A DNA stretch of 63,899 nucleotides, the filler included. It is 4 parts of 4 records of this genome, joined end to end, with 100 filler letters (N's around TTAATTAATTAA, not from the genome) between each part and the next. Parts side by side here need not be neighbours in the genome. Positions count along the whole stretch, not along the records: positions 17,468 to 43,587 come from SRR22947727_1895; 3 more parts are not named here. One strand, 5' to 3'. The notes beneath the pieces were generated by a model. It was not told the DNA's origin. It ran no database searches and saw nothing but the letters and a program-made list of their open reading frames with translations. This document shows, one piece after another, positions 28,440 to 42,207 of the stretch. The first letter of the stretch is position 1. Every line of letters begins with the position of its first letter. Both the position numbers and the translations under genes were made by a program.

Positions 28440-30347
28440 TTATTTTACTTCTTCAAAATCTACATCTTCTACATTGTCTGTATCTGCAGCTGCATTAGAT
28501 TGAGATCCAGCTGCTCCAGCGTCTCCACCAGCTGCTCCAGCATCTGCCTGAGCTTTGTACATTTCTTCAGAAGCAGCTTTCCAAGCTTCGTTTATTTTAT
28601 CTAAAGCTGGCGTAATTTGTGCCAAGTCTTTAGCTTCAAAAGCTTTTTTAAGTTCCTCTAAAGCGCCTTCAATAGGGGCTTTTTTATCTGCAGAAAGTTT
28701 CTCCCCAAATTCTTTGAGTTGTTTCTCCGTTTGGAAGATCATTCCGTCTGCCTCGTTGAGTTTGTCTACCGTTTCTTTGGCTTTCTTGTCAGACTCTGCA
28801 TTGGCTTCTGCCTCAGCTTTCATTTTTTTGATTTCCTCTTCTGTTAAACCTGAAGAAGCTTCAATTCTAATGTCTTGCGTCTTATTGGTTGCTTTATCTG
28901 TCGCAGATACTTTAATAATACCATTGGCGTCAATATCAAAAGTTACCTCGATCTGAGGTGTTCCACGCTGTGATGGTGGAATACCGTCTAAATGGAACCT
29001 ACCAATGGTCTTATTGTCTGTAGCCATAGGTCTTTCTCCCTGTAATACATGTATTTCAACCGAAGGCTGATTGTCTGCAGCAGTAGAGAAAACTTGAGAT
29101 TTCTTGGTAGGAATGGTCGTATTAGATTCTATAAGTTTGGTTAAAACACCTCCCATAGTTTCTATTCCTAATGAGAGCGGTGTTACATCTAATAACAATA
29201 CATCTTTCACATCTCCAGTTAACACCCCTCCTTGAATGGCTGCACCAACGGCAACTACTTCATCAGGGTTTACTCCTTTAGAGGGCTTCTTACCAAAGAA
29301 TGCCTCTACAGCCTCTTGAACTGCAGGAATTCTTGTAGATCCACCTACTAAGATAATTTCATCTATATCACTCTTAGATAAACCAGCTGCTTTAAGCGCA
29401 GATTCACAAGGTGCAATAGTTCTCTTTACCAAGTCTTCAATTAATTGGTCAAACTTAGCTTTAGTAAGTGTTCTTACCAAATGCTTAGGTCCTGAAGCAG
29501 TCGCAGTAACATAAGGAAGGTTAATTTCTGTTTGAGCAGATGAAGACAATTCAATCTTCGCTTTCTCAGCAGCCTCTCTCAATCTCTGAAGTGCCATAGC
29601 GTCTTTTCTTAGATCTATGTCTTCTTCAGATTTAAACTCATCTGCCATCCAATCAATGATCTTCTGGTCCACGTCATCTCCTCCTAAATGGGTGTCTCCA
29701 TCAGTCGCTAAAACTTCAAATACACCATCTCCTAGTTCTAGTATAGAGACGTCATGTGTTCCTCCACCAAAATCAAAAACAACAATTTTTTGCTCAATAT
29801 CTTTTTTATCCAAACCGTAAGCCAAAGAGGCTGCGGTTGGCTCGTTTATAATACGCTCCACAGTTAAACCAGCAATTTCACCAGCTTCCTTAGTCGCTTG
29901 TCTTTGGGCGTCATTAAAATATGCTGGAACTGTAATTACAGCTCTAGACACAGGCTGACCTAGGTAATCCTCAGCAGTCTTTTTCATTTTTTGGAGGATC
30001 ATAGCAGACAATTCTTGTGGCGTGTATAAACGGCCGTCAATGTCTACTCTAGGCGTGTCGTTGTCTCCTTTTAATACTTTATAAGGGACACGTCCAGCTT
30101 CTTTACTAGATTCTGAGAATTTATTTCCCATAAATCTCTTGATAGAATAGATGGTTTTATGAGGGTTGGTCACTGCTTGTCTTTTAGCAGGATCTCCTAC
30201 TTTAATTTCACCACCTTCTACAAAGGCTATTACAGAAGGAGTTGTTCTTTTCCCCTCAGCGTTTGGAATTACAACAGGCTCATTACCCTCCATTACGGAA
30301 ACACAAGAGTTTGTTGTTCCTAAATCTATTCCGATAATTTTACTCAT
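28440..30347 (-). CDS. dnaK: Chaperone DnaK
   Basis: [39 protein letters not shown]. Confidence 0.99.
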   Translation of the reverse strand: MSKIIGIDLGTTNSCVSVMEGNEPVVIPNAEGKRTTPSVIAFVEGGEIKVGDPAKRQAVTNPHKTIYSIKRFMGNKFSESSKEAGRVPYKVLKGDNDTPRVDIDGRLYTPQELSAMILQKMKKTAEDYLGQPVSRAVITVPAYFNDAQRQATKEAGEIAGLTVERIINEPTAASLAYGLDKKDIEQKIVVFDFGGGTHDVSILELGDGVFEVLATDGDTHLGGDDVDQKIIDWMADEFKSEEDIDLRKDAMALQRLREAAEKAKIELSSSAQTEINLPYVTATASGPKHLVRTLTKAKFDQLIEDLVKRTIAPCESALKAAGLSKSDIDEIILVGGSTRIPAVQEAVEAFFGKKPSKGVNPDEVVAVGAAIQGGVLTGDVKDVLLLDVTPLSLGIETMGGVLTKLIESNTTIPTKKSQVFSTAADNQPSVEIHVLQGERPMATDNKTIGRFHLDGIPPSQRGTPQIEVTFDIDANGIIKVSATDKATNKTQDIRIEASSGLTEEEIKKMKAEAEANAESDKKAKETVDKLNEADGMIFQTEKQLKEFGEKLSADKKAPIEGALEELKKAFEAKDLAQITPALDKINEAWKAASEEMYKAQADAGAAGGDAGAAGSQSNAAADTDNVEDVDFEEVK

Positions 30348-30615
30348 GTCAATATATTTATTTTGTTTGCAATACTTTTATTGTTCTCCAACCCTATTTC
30401 AAGTATTATGCCATGATATACAATCTGACAAGCTGGCAGTTTTGAAACAAACGACTCAAAGAAAATACGGCTAATTGACATAAAAAGCCCTCGAAATCTG
30501 TCAAAAAAGGAAAAATTGGTTGGGAATTATTGGCTTAAAAGTGTTGTGGTTATGTGGTTTTGGTTATAGCTGATTCGTTATGATTATAAGATTGCAAATT
30601 TCATGAAACATACAT

Positions 30616-30623
30616 TACATTTG
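30616..30623 (+). promoter_or_regulatory. Bacteroidota -7 promoter element TAnnTTTG (also 26895-26902 +, 37909-37916 +, 42184-42191 +, 23381-23388 -, 25243-25250 -, 42045-42052 -)
   Basis: TACATTTG just upstream of sdaA; same consensus precedes several other gene starts in this contig. Confidence 0.7.
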
Positions 30624-30669
30624 TAAGGCTGGTGTATAGAAATCACCTTTAACAAGAAAGCATTTGCTT

Positions 30670-32094
30670 ATGGAGTGTATCAGTATTTTTGATATGTTAA
30701 AAATTGGGGTTGGGCCCTCAAGTTCCCACACTCTGGGCCCTTGGCGTGCTGCAGAAAGGTGGCTTGCTGAATTGTCAGAAAAAACCACACTTTCTCAAAT
30801 AGTTCATATCAAGGTATCTGTTTACGGATCACTCTCGCTTACGGGAAAGGGTCATGCTACGGATTACGCTTTAATGTTAGGCTTATCTGGTTATGATCCT
30901 GTGCATATTCCCACAGATGAAATTCCGGCTGCTATTGCAGCCATAAAGGCAAATAAGTCCTTACTTCTCAACGGAATGTTTCCCATCACTTTTAATCCAG
31001 AAACGGATTTGATTTTCGAGAAGAATTTTTTGCCTTTTCATGCCAACGGCATGGAATTTCATGCCACTACAACAAATGGTGTTGTTCATTCTGAAACCTA
31101 TTACTCCATTGGCGGGGGATTTGTGGTTAAAGAAGCCTTAGAAAATGCCAAAGAAAATGAAGTTCAATTCAATAGCTTTCCCTTCCCTGTTGAGAAAGGA
31201 AAAGAGCTGTTGGCGTATTGTAAAGACACCAATCAATCTATTTCTGCATTGGTCCTAGAAAACGAAAGGTCATTAAGGACTGACGGTGAGATTGACCAAG
31301 GGATCCATGATATTTGGAACACCATGCTGGCTTGTATGTACGAGGGATGCCATACAGAAGGCACACTACCAGGTGGCTTAGACGTAAGAAGAAGGGCCTA
31401 TGACCTTCATTTAAGCCTAATAGGACAGAGCACCTATAAAACTAAGGAAAGCTGGCTCAATGAAATAAGAAAAACAGACGTAAAGTTTAGACAAATTTTA
31501 AAATGGGTGAGCTGTTTTGCACTAGCCGTCAACGAAGTGAATGCGGCTTTAGGCAGGGTGGTAACTGCCCCTACAAATGGTAGTGCAGGTGTAATACCAT
31601 CTGTACTTATGTACTATTTGGCTATTGAAAACCACCAAGGATCCTTTGAGGAAATTAAACGTTTCTTATTGGTTGCAGGAGAAATTGGCAGTATTTTCAA
31701 AAAAGGTGCTACCATATCTGCCGCCATGGGGGGCTGCCAAGCAGAAATTGGTGTTTCCTCTGCCATGGCTGCTGGAGCACTGACTGAATTATTAGGTGGA
31801 ACCCCGGAACAAGTTCTTGTGGCTGCTGAAATAGCCATGGAACATCATTTAGGAATGACCTGTGATCCTATTGGAGGACTGGTGCAAATTCCTTGCATTG
31901 AAAGAAATTCTATGGGAGCCATTAAAGCGATTAATGCTGCAGAACTCGCTTTAAATTCCAATCCTGAAAACGCTAAAATACCTTTGGATAAAGTGGTAGA
32001 AACTATGTGGGAGACTGCTAAAGACATGAGCAGTAAATACAAAGAAACCTCAACTGGAGGCTTAGCTGTTGGGGTATATTTAAGCGATTGTTAA
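30670..32094 (+). CDS. sdaA: L-serine ammonia-lyase (Fe-S)
   Basis: [54 protein letters not shown]. Confidence 0.96.
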   Translation: MECISIFDMLKIGVGPSSSHTLGPWRAAERWLAELSEKTTLSQIVHIKVSVYGSLSLTGKGHATDYALMLGLSGYDPVHIPTDEIPAAIAAIKANKSLLLNGMFPITFNPETDLIFEKNFLPFHANGMEFHATTTNGVVHSETYYSIGGGFVVKEALENAKENEVQFNSFPFPVEKGKELLAYCKDTNQSISALVLENERSLRTDGEIDQGIHDIWNTMLACMYEGCHTEGTLPGGLDVRRRAYDLHLSLIGQSTYKTKESWLNEIRKTDVKFRQILKWVSCFALAVNEVNAALGRVVTAPTNGSAGVIPSVLMYYLAIENHQGSFEEIKRFLLVAGEIGSIFKKGATISAAMGGCQAEIGVSSAMAAGALTELLGGTPEQVLVAAEIAMEHHLGMTCDPIGGLVQIPCIERNSMGAIKAINAAELALNSNPENAKIPLDKVVETMWETAKDMSSKYKETSTGGLAVGVYLSDC

Positions 32095-32245
32095 AAAATA
32101 GTTTTAACATGTTAAAGGCCACCCATCAAACAAATTATAGCCCGAGATTACAACTGTTTAATCTATAGTCTAGAAACCTTAAATTCCCTTATTTGTAGTA
32201 TATTTTACAGAAAACACCTTACTTTTATATCCTAAAACTTTAGAG

Positions 32246-33064
32246 ATGTCTGTAGCTAAAAAAGACTATAAAAAAATAACGGTTCAATCCCTTACTGAGA
32301 TGAAAGCCAACGGAGAAAAAATATCTATGCTCACCGCATACGATTTCACTATGGCAAGAATTGTGGACCAATCCAAAGTAGACGTCATATTGGTGGGTGA
32401 TTCTGCCAGTAATGTCATGGCAGGCCATGAAACCACACTTCCCATTACTTTAGATCAGATGATTTATCACGCCTCCTCCGTTGTAAGAGCTGTTTCTAGG
32501 GCCTTGGTTGTGGTAGACATCCCTTTTGGAAGCTATCAGAGTGACCCTAAAGAAGCCTTGAGATCTGCGATTCGAATCATGAAAGAAAGTGGCGGTCATG
32601 CAGTTAAATTAGAAGGGGGTGATGAAATAAAAGAGTCTGTAAAAAGAATATTAAACGCCGGTATTCCAGTAATGGGCCACTTGGGTTTAACGCCACAGTC
32701 CATTTATAAATTTGGTACGTACACGGTAAGAGCAAAAGAAGAAGAAGAAGCAGCCAAATTAATTGAGGACGCCTTACTGTTAGAAAGACTCGGATGTTTT
32801 GCCATTGTACTAGAAAAAATACCTGCCACTCTAGCATCAAAGGTAGCTGCTCAATTAACTATTCCAATTATTGGTATTGGTGCTGGAAGTGGCGTAGATG
32901 GACAAGTATTGGTTATCCACGATTTACTAGGTATGACTAAAGAATTTTCTCCTAGATTTTTAAGGAGATATATGGACTTGTATCATGGAATGACTGAAGC
33001 CATTGGATCTTATGTAAATGACGTAAAGCAGGGTGATTTCCCTAACGAACAAGAACAATATTAA
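32246..33064 (+). CDS. panB: 3-methyl-2-oxobutanoate hydroxymethyltransferase
   Basis: [33 protein letters not shown]. Confidence 0.97.
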   Translation: MSVAKKDYKKITVQSLTEMKANGEKISMLTAYDFTMARIVDQSKVDVILVGDSASNVMAGHETTLPITLDQMIYHASSVVRAVSRALVVVDIPFGSYQSDPKEALRSAIRIMKESGGHAVKLEGGDEIKESVKRILNAGIPVMGHLGLTPQSIYKFGTYTVRAKEEEEAAKLIEDALLLERLGCFAIVLEKIPATLASKVAAQLTIPIIGIGAGSGVDGQVLVIHDLLGMTKEFSPRFLRRYMDLYHGMTEAIGSYVNDVKQGDFPNEQEQY

Positions 33065-33161
33065 GGCTCCATCTATTATTTCAGACCAGTTATAGCCCAA
33101 CATATGTGATCTCCTATTTTGATTTTATTTTACTATTTCAACCCTTTCAAACCTTATTTTT

Positions 33162-33839
33162 TTGACTCCTTTAGATATTTTATACGAAGACAACCACCTT
33201 ATCGCTATTAATAAAAAAGCCGGTGAATTGGTGCAAGGAGATAAAACAGGAGACATACCTTTGAGTGAAACGGTGAAAGCTTTTATTAAACAACGAGATC
33301 AAAAGCCTGGAAATGTTTATTTAGGGGTGCCCCACAGATTAGATAGACCTACTTCTGGGGTGGTTATTTTTGCAAAAACATCAAAAATACTCCCCCGAAT
33401 GAATGCCCTTTTTGCGAGTCAAGATGCACACAAAACATATTGGGCATTGGTTCAACCTAGCCCTAAAAAAAAATCAGAAACATTGACGCATTGGATGGTT
33501 CGCAATACAAAACAAAATAAGTCCTATGCCCACAATAATGAAGTTCCAAATGCAAAATTGGCCAAGCTTAAGTACAGCCTCATTAAGGAACTGGACAGAT
33601 ATTCACTTTTAGAAATACAGCTATACACAGGAAGACACCACCAAATTAGGGCGCAATTGTCTGCTGTGGGTTGTTGTATAAAAGGAGATTTGAAATACGG
33701 TGCTACAAGGTCTAACCCAGATGGAAGCATTCATTTACATGCTAGGCATTTATTTTTTGAACATCCTGTAAAAAAAACAGCCATTTCCATCACTGCACCA
33801 ACCCCTCAGGAAGCCCTTTGGAGGGCATGTGAAATATAG
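33162..33839 (+). CDS. RluA-family pseudouridine synthase
   Basis: HRLDRPTSG, TGRHHQIR, GDLKYG. Confidence 0.94.
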   Translation: MTPLDILYEDNHLIAINKKAGELVQGDKTGDIPLSETVKAFIKQRDQKPGNVYLGVPHRLDRPTSGVVIFAKTSKILPRMNALFASQDAHKTYWALVQPSPKKKSETLTHWMVRNTKQNKSYAHNNEVPNAKLAKLKYSLIKELDRYSLLEIQLYTGRHHQIRAQLSAVGCCIKGDLKYGATRSNPDGSIHLHARHLFFEHPVKKTAISITAPTPQEALWRACEI

Positions 33840-33840
33840 C

Positions 33841-35385
33841 TTAACGTATTTTTAATAGGGCTTTTTCTCTCATAATGTCGGCCACAGGCCTACCGCTCAA
33901 ATGACTTTCTAGCCAAGAGAGTATGTCTAAATATAAAAAGGCACGTTTCTCATAGGGATGGTCTTCATAGACCTTGAGTTTAGTGTGTAATTTCCTAAAA
34001 GCATCTTGTAAATCAGATGGGTATATCTGACCCAAATTTCTAAGGAAAACAATCATTTCTTTTTGTACGGCATGGAGGTCATTCATCTTTAGTAGAAACT
34101 TAAATGTGCTCTTGAGTTGAATCTCCAAATGATAATCCATTCCAGATTCATAATGAGCTACAAGGCTCAACACCCTGGCGAAACACATGAGGTCTTCCCT
34201 CATTTTCAAGTGTTTGTTTAGAATTATTTTTTTTAAGTATACGATACAATTCTTATGATCCCCTACCCCAAAATACAAACAGGCTATTTTGTAATACAAT
34301 AGCATAATATGGTGCTGGTCCAACCTATCTTGGTGCTTTTCTATCCCATAATTAATGGCTTTAACTATATACAGGCCTTGCTTAAAAGTACCTTCTAGAA
34401 AGTGAAGGTTCAATTTATTAGAATTTAAATACAAAAAAGACAGCGAACTTATGTTGTCATTTTTAGGGAAAAAGTCACTTTGCAATACCGCTTCCATGTG
34501 ATATAGCGTCTCTTTAAACTGAGAGCTATACTTTACGTAAAATAGGGATTCTAACAAATAGTTATTCCCTTTGAGGTAAAAGACAGGATGCAATTGTACC
34601 ATGTCTTTTTGCTCTGTAAATAACTGCACCCATTTACTGGCATATTTGTAGCTAGAGAGAAAATCTTGGGTAAGGAAGCTATACCAAAGATGTGCTTTAT
34701 ACAACCATAGTTTTTCTCTAAAACCCAATTGCTCAATATGATAATCTGGCAAATTATTGTTAAAGTAAGAAGTTATTTTATTCAGGTCTTCATCGGACCT
34801 TGCATATCCCACCTTGAGCATCATTGCATACAATTCCAGCGACAAATTAGACAATTTACTGGCCATATTGTTTTCAAAAGAAAGCTGGCTAGACTGTGTC
34901 ACTAATTCTTGTGCCCTGTCTGGGATACTTCTGGTAATATATTGGGTTTCAATAACTTTCTCTAACTCAACTATCTCGTAAGCAATGTTTTTTTCTTGTT
35001 GCTCAATAGCTGTAAACTTAGCTTTCTCTAAAATTTTTAGACTCTGCTTGTACAAGCCTTTTTGGTACAAAATAGTGGCAAAATCTAATTGTTCCCTAAG
35101 CTGAACCCTAATATTTTGATTGACTGGGTTGAGTCTAAGTGACACTAATATTTGCTTGTACAAATGTGCTTTTAAATTGGATAATTGGGTCTTTTTAACA
35201 ATACCACTATCTAAAATTGCTGTTTCTTCATATTGCTTGGCACGATCCAAAAGATTGAACAAAGCCAAAAATTTTGCATCTGTATTCACGCCCAACCGCC
35301 CAACATAGAGTTTGAATTGCCTTTTTTCAGATTTTGAGAGCGATTTCACTAAAACAAATAAAGGGTCTTTATGTGGATTTGTCAT
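33841..35385 (-). CDS. Conserved hypothetical all-helical Bacteroidota protein
   Basis: 514-aa ORF, TPR-like helices; N-terminal LFVLVKSLSKSEKRQFK. Confidence 0.85.
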   Translation of the reverse strand: MTNPHKDPLFVLVKSLSKSEKRQFKLYVGRLGVNTDAKFLALFNLLDRAKQYEETAILDSGIVKKTQLSNLKAHLYKQILVSLRLNPVNQNIRVQLREQLDFATILYQKGLYKQSLKILEKAKFTAIEQQEKNIAYEIVELEKVIETQYITRSIPDRAQELVTQSSQLSFENNMASKLSNLSLELYAMMLKVGYARSDEDLNKITSYFNNNLPDYHIEQLGFREKLWLYKAHLWYSFLTQDFLSSYKYASKWVQLFTEQKDMVQLHPVFYLKGNNYLLESLFYVKYSSQFKETLYHMEAVLQSDFFPKNDNISSLSFLYLNSNKLNLHFLEGTFKQGLYIVKAINYGIEKHQDRLDQHHIMLLYYKIACLYFGVGDHKNCIVYLKKIILNKHLKMREDLMCFARVLSLVAHYESGMDYHLEIQLKSTFKFLLKMNDLHAVQKEMIVFLRNLGQIYPSDLQDAFRKLHTKLKVYEDHPYEKRAFLYLDILSWLESHLSGRPVADIMREKALLKIR

Positions 35386-35529
35386 CGTATTATTAGAGTG
35401 CTAATCAATTGAAACAAAGTGATTTAACAAAGGTCTATCTATGCTGTGTATTGTAAAAGAAATACTAAAATTCGATTTACTGCCTAGCAATTATTATCTT
35501 CGTTTGTAACACCAAATTACGGAAATATA

Positions 35530-36690
35530 ATGAGTAAAGACAAGGTATTTATTTTTGACACTACTTTAAGAGACGGAGAACAAGTTCCTGGTTGTAAATT
35601 AGACACGCCTCAAAAACTAGAAATAGCTGCGAGACTAGATGAATTGGGTGTAGACATTATTGAAGCTGGCTTTCCTGTATCTTCACCTGGGGATTTTAAT
35701 TCGGTGAATTTAATTTCAAAACTGGTTAAAAACGCTTCTGTTTGCGGACTTACCAGAGCGGTTAGAAAAGATATTGAAGTAGCAGCAGAAGCGCTTAAAT
35801 ATGCTAAAAGACCTAGAATCCATACGGGTATTGGAACGTCTGATTCTCATATTAAATTTAAATTTAACTCAAATAGAGACGCTATTATTGAAAGGGCTGT
35901 AGCTGCTGTGACCTATGCAAAAACCTTTGTTGAGGATGTAGAATTTTATGCTGAAGACGCCGGTAGAACAGACAATGAGTTTTTGGCTAGGGTTTGTGAA
36001 GCTGTTGTTAAAGCTGGAGCTACAGTACTTAATATTCCTGACACTACCGGATATTGTTTGCCAGAAGAATACGGCGCAAAAATTAAATATTTAAAAGAGC
36101 ACGTCACTGGTATTCACAAAGCGATATTGTCTTGTCATTGTCATAATGACCTTGGATTAGCTACTGCCAATGCAATAGCTGGAATACAAAATGGGGCGAG
36201 ACAAATTGAGTGTACTATTAATGGCATTGGCGAAAGGGCTGGAAATACTGCTTTAGAAGAAGTTGTCATGATCATGAGACAACACCCAAGTTTAATGCTA
36301 GACACCAATATAAAAAGCCAACTTCTAAATGACACTAGCTTAATGGTTTCAAGAAATATGGGTATGATGGTTCAGCCCAATAAGGCTATTGTTGGCGCCA
36401 ATGCTTTTGCCCACAGTTCTGGAATTCACCAAGATGGAGTGATTAAAAATAGAGAGACTTATGAAATCATTGATCCAGCAGAAGTTGGGGTCACTGAATC
36501 TTCCATTGTTTTAACTGCCAGAAGTGGAAGGGCTGCTTTGGCTTACAGGTCAAAAAATGTAGGCTATGAACTTACCAAGACACAATTAGATAAAATTTAT
36601 GAGCTGTTTCTAGATTATGCAGATTCACATAAAGAAGTCACAGATGAAGGCATCCATGAAATCATGGTGCAATCTGGATTTGAATTTTAA
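35530..36690 (+). CDS. leuA: 2-isopropylmalate synthase, short form without C-terminal regulatory domain
   Basis: [39 protein letters not shown]; only 386 aa. Confidence 0.92.
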   Translation: MSKDKVFIFDTTLRDGEQVPGCKLDTPQKLEIAARLDELGVDIIEAGFPVSSPGDFNSVNLISKLVKNASVCGLTRAVRKDIEVAAEALKYAKRPRIHTGIGTSDSHIKFKFNSNRDAIIERAVAAVTYAKTFVEDVEFYAEDAGRTDNEFLARVCEAVVKAGATVLNIPDTTGYCLPEEYGAKIKYLKEHVTGIHKAILSCHCHNDLGLATANAIAGIQNGARQIECTINGIGERAGNTALEEVVMIMRQHPSLMLDTNIKSQLLNDTSLMVSRNMGMMVQPNKAIVGANAFAHSSGIHQDGVIKNRETYEIIDPAEVGVTESSIVLTARSGRAALAYRSKNVGYELTKTQLDKIYELFLDYADSHKEVTDEGIHEIMVQSGFEF

Positions 36691-36714
36691 CCATTTGTTA
36701 ATCACTAAGGATTT

Positions 36715-37785
36715 ATGAATTTAAAGGTGGCACTTTTAGCACATCACAGAGAAGAAAACACCGCAATACAACAGGTGATTAAGTGTATTCGTGCTATTGA
36801 GGAAAACTACAACCATTTTTTTACGATCAACTCCTTGACCACCGAACTCAGAAATGGTGGGGTTTTATTGGACGAAGCCACTGTGAATGCTTGCAAAAAT
36901 TCAGATGCTATACTGAGTTCCTTTCCTGTGTCAAGAAATGGGTATCATATATCTAAAGAAGGTATTAAATCAACTATTTTTGAGACTTTTGATTTCTATG
37001 CAAGCGTAGTGCCCACACTGCCCTTCCCTAATCAGGTCAATTTTGAAGAATATGCCTCTAATAAAAATGTAGATATAGTGGTGTTTTCTGCACTCAAAGC
37101 CGGAAAGTATGCCTCCATAGAAATGGCTACTAAATCAGGAGTAGACAGCTTTCACTCTAATTTACAAAGTGTTCATCAATTGTTTCATTTGGCTTTTAAA
37201 ACAGCTAAAAATAGAAAACAAAAACTGTACATAGCAATACCAGAAGGTCCTTACAAAAAGTCTATTTGGGAAAAAACTGTAGCCGAAATTTCCCCCAGCT
37301 ACCCTATGGTTAAAACGTTTATGTGCGACATTTCTATAATCATTCAAACTATTTTAAAAACCCCTGAAAGCTTGGATTGTATTTTTACTGATCGGGCTCA
37401 TGGAGAGATCATAAACAGTTTGAACAATAATTTATTTGGGCTTTCTAATCTATTACCCTGTGGTCATATGGGTATTGGCATAAACCTCTTTGAGCCCTTA
37501 GAGGATAGTCAAAGCACACTAAAAGAAAAAGTTAATCCCATACCCTTAATATATTCTTTGGCATTATTGCTCTCTAGATTTGGACTTCAAGAAGAAGCTG
37601 GTGCCATACAAATGGCAGTAAATACTGCTGGTGAGAGAGTTATGTATACAACTTTAGACACTTTACCAAAAGACATTAACTGCGACCAATTAGGTGATTA
37701 TTTGGCCGCTGCCATAATTGACTCTGAAGACATTGGGGTGGTGAATGATGAGAATATAGATTTAGGAAAATCTACCATTATTTAG
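36715..37785 (+). CDS. Degenerate 3-isopropylmalate dehydrogenase-like protein (probable pseudoenzyme)
   Basis: Full-length LeuB-like outline (MNLKVALLA, ACKNSDAIL, AFKTAKNRKQKL, PESLDCI, LFEP, VNP, FGLQEEA) but catalytic motifs replaced. Confidence 0.75.
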   Translation: MNLKVALLAHHREENTAIQQVIKCIRAIEENYNHFFTINSLTTELRNGGVLLDEATVNACKNSDAILSSFPVSRNGYHISKEGIKSTIFETFDFYASVVPTLPFPNQVNFEEYASNKNVDIVVFSALKAGKYASIEMATKSGVDSFHSNLQSVHQLFHLAFKTAKNRKQKLYIAIPEGPYKKSIWEKTVAEISPSYPMVKTFMCDISIIIQTILKTPESLDCIFTDRAHGEIINSLNNNLFGLSNLLPCGHMGIGINLFEPLEDSQSTLKEKVNPIPLIYSLALLLSRFGLQEEAGAIQMAVNTAGERVMYTTLDTLPKDINCDQLGDYLAAAIIDSEDIGVVNDENIDLGKSTII

Positions 37786-37934
37786 AAAAGTAGTTTTTCA
37801 AAAAAAATGATTCTCCAATTAGCTAGAGGATTAAAATATTAGGCCAGCAGATTCAATAAATTCTCATATTTTATAGACTTACATAGGACCCCTATTCGTT
37901 ACAATGTTTATATTTGTGGCTTTATTACACTACT

Positions 37935-40361
37935 ATGAAAATATCATACAACTGGCTTAAAGAATTTATTGCAACTGATTGGAATGTTGAAAAAACATCA
38001 CAATTATTGACAGATTTAGGCCTCGAAGTAGAGGGCGTAGCACCTTTTGAATCTATTAAAGGAGGCTTACAAGGTGTTGTGGTGGGACATGTATTAAGTT
38101 GTGAAAAACACCCAAATGCAGATAAATTACAATTGACCAAAGTATCTATTGGAAACAACACCACTTTACAGATTGTGTGTGGCGCTCCCAATGTAACTAA
38201 AGGCATTAAAGTAGCTGTGGCCACTATTGGAACAACATTATACACCCCAGAGGGAGAAGCATGGGTTATTAAGAAAGGAAAAATTCGGGGAGAAGAAAGC
38301 CACGGAATGCTGTGTTCTGAAAATGAATTAGGATTGGGCCAAGGCCATGACGGAATTATGATTTTGGAAGACCACCTCAAAGAAGGTGCCGCATGTAGTA
38401 GTGTGTTTAATGTAGTGAGAGATGAAGTTATTGAAATAGGCTTAACACCTAACAGGGCAGACGCCATGAGTCATTTTGGTGTAGCTCGAGACTTAAAAGC
38501 TGGCTTAAAACAACAAGGGGTATCTAAAGAGCTCATCACACCCTCAGTAATGCAATTTTCTGTAGGCAATAGGATTTCTACGATTCAAGTAAAAGTAGAC
38601 ACGCCTGACTTAGCCCCGCGATATTCTGGTATCACTATAAGTGATTTAACGGTAAAAGAAAGTCCTGATTGGATAAAAAACAGGCTTAAAGCTATTGGAC
38701 TTAGCCCTATCAATAATGTTGTAGATGCAACCAATTATGTATTACATGAATTAGGTCAACCACTCCATGCTTTTGATTTAGCGAAAATTGAAGGTAAAAA
38801 AGTAATCGTTAAAACCCTTGAGCAAGGCACTAAATTCACTACATTAGATGGTATTGAACGGGTCTTGTCCTCAGAGGATTTAATGATTTGTGATGCAAAA
38901 AAACCCATGTGTTTGGCTGGTATTTTTGGCGGTCAGGATTCAGGAGTTACAGCCCAAACTACTGCTATTTTTTTAGAATCTGCCTATTTTAATCCTGTAT
39001 CTATAAGAAAATCAGCCAAGCGGCACGGATTGAGTACAGATGCTTCTTTTAGGTTTGAACGCGGTATAGATATAAACCTTGTAGAAGAGGCTTTAAAAAG
39101 AGCGGCACTACTGATAAAAGAATTGGCTGGCGGACAAATTAGTTCAGACATTATAGACCTTTACCCGAAAAAAGAGGAGAATTACCAAGTGTTTTTAACT
39201 TTTAAGCGAATCTATTCTCTCATAGGGGAAGAAATCCCTACTGATACTATAAAGAGTATACTGAGTTCATTAGAAATTCGTGTGAATAATGTAACGGAAT
39301 CAGGATTGGGACTGACCATTCCATTTTATAGGGTGGACGTTCAAAGAGAAGTAGACGTTATTGAAGAAATTCTGAGGGTATATGGCTATAATAACATTCA
39401 TTTTTCAAAAAAAATAAATGCCTCCATTGCCTATACTGATCCAAAAGCAGATCATATTATTCAAAACAAAATAGGCGATTCGTTAGCGGCTCAAGGGTTT
39501 AATGAAATCCTGACTAATTCCCTCACCTCTCCTCAGCCATTACAACATACACAGGACACTGAGCTACAACAAGCTGTTACTATATTGAATCCTTTGAGCA
39601 ATGATTTGAGCATTTTAAAAACTTCTATGTTATTTACAGGGCTTGAAACTGTTTCTTATAATATTAATAGAAAAACAAATCGCTTAAAACTCTTTGAATT
39701 TGGTAAGACATACCACCAAATTGATGGGAATAGAAGAGAAAATAAGCATTTGAGTATTTTAATGACCGGTAAGAGACATACTGAAAATTGGCTGAGTTCA
39801 GATGAAAAGCTAAGTTTCTTTGACCTTAAAACAGTGGTAGAAAACATATTGGAAAGGCTTGGTATTCAAAAATGGAAGATCTCAGAAGCTACCGCTGACT
39901 TATTTTCAGAAGGAATAAGCTACAGCAGCAGAAAAGATACCATAGTAACTTTTGGTGTACTCTCCAATAAGCTTCTTAAAAAGTTAGACATAAAACAAGA
40001 AGTGCTTTTTGCAGATTTTAATTGGGATGCAATCCTTAAATTACTGACAAAAGAAACCATTAAGTTCCAAGATATCCCAAAGTATCCAGAAGTATCGAGA
40101 GATTTTGCCCTACTAATCAAAAACAGTGTGACTTTTGAGCAGCTGGCTCAAACAGCTAAAAATACTGAAAAAAAATACCTCAAAGAGGTGGGTTTATTCG
40201 ATGTATATACTGGAAAGAATTTACCTGAAGGGACTAAGTCTTATGGTGTTAATTTTGTGCTCCAAGACCAAAATGCCACACTAGAAGAAAAACAGATAGA
40301 CAAAATTATGCAAAAACTTCAAGCGGCTTTTGAAAGAGACTTCGAAGCAAGCCTTAGATAA
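37935..40361 (+). CDS. pheT: Phenylalanine-tRNA ligase beta subunit
   Basis: MKISYNWLKE, HPNADKL, TPNRADAMSH, FERG, FDVYTGK FDX-ACB domain. Confidence 0.98.
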   Translation: MKISYNWLKEFIATDWNVEKTSQLLTDLGLEVEGVAPFESIKGGLQGVVVGHVLSCEKHPNADKLQLTKVSIGNNTTLQIVCGAPNVTKGIKVAVATIGTTLYTPEGEAWVIKKGKIRGEESHGMLCSENELGLGQGHDGIMILEDHLKEGAACSSVFNVVRDEVIEIGLTPNRADAMSHFGVARDLKAGLKQQGVSKELITPSVMQFSVGNRISTIQVKVDTPDLAPRYSGITISDLTVKESPDWIKNRLKAIGLSPINNVVDATNYVLHELGQPLHAFDLAKIEGKKVIVKTLEQGTKFTTLDGIERVLSSEDLMICDAKKPMCLAGIFGGQDSGVTAQTTAIFLESAYFNPVSIRKSAKRHGLSTDASFRFERGIDINLVEEALKRAALLIKELAGGQISSDIIDLYPKKEENYQVFLTFKRIYSLIGEEIPTDTIKSILSSLEIRVNNVTESGLGLTIPFYRVDVQREVDVIEEILRVYGYNNIHFSKKINASIAYTDPKADHIIQNKIGDSLAAQGFNEILTNSLTSPQPLQHTQDTELQQAVTILNPLSNDLSILKTSMLFTGLETVSYNINRKTNRLKLFEFGKTYHQIDGNRRENKHLSILMTGKRHTENWLSSDEKLSFFDLKTVVENILERLGIQKWKISEATADLFSEGISYSSRKDTIVTFGVLSNKLLKKLDIKQEVLFADFNWDAILKLLTKETIKFQDIPKYPEVSRDFALLIKNSVTFEQLAQTAKNTEKKYLKEVGLFDVYTGKNLPEGTKSYGVNFVLQDQNATLEEKQIDKIMQKLQAAFERDFEASLR

Positions 40362-40392
40362 AAAAACGCCTTCTTAAAGAAGGCGCTTTTTT
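40360..40392. terminator. Bidirectional terminator between pheT and ABC-F
   Basis: A-run CGCCTTCT-TAA-AGAAGGCG T-run between convergent genes. Confidence 0.8.
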
Positions 40393-40401
40393 ATACTATA
40401 A

Positions 40402-42057
<1,656 letters not shown>

Positions 42058-42207
42058 TTAAATTTTGCTAGGCTTTGTTTATGGCTATTAATAAATGAGA
42101 ATAGTCATAAAGCTGGGTCAGTATATCAAGAAGACATATGGTATTTTAACTTGACCTTAACAATATTGGCTCTGGTCCATTTGTACCTTTGTGACCAAGG
42201 ATTAATT

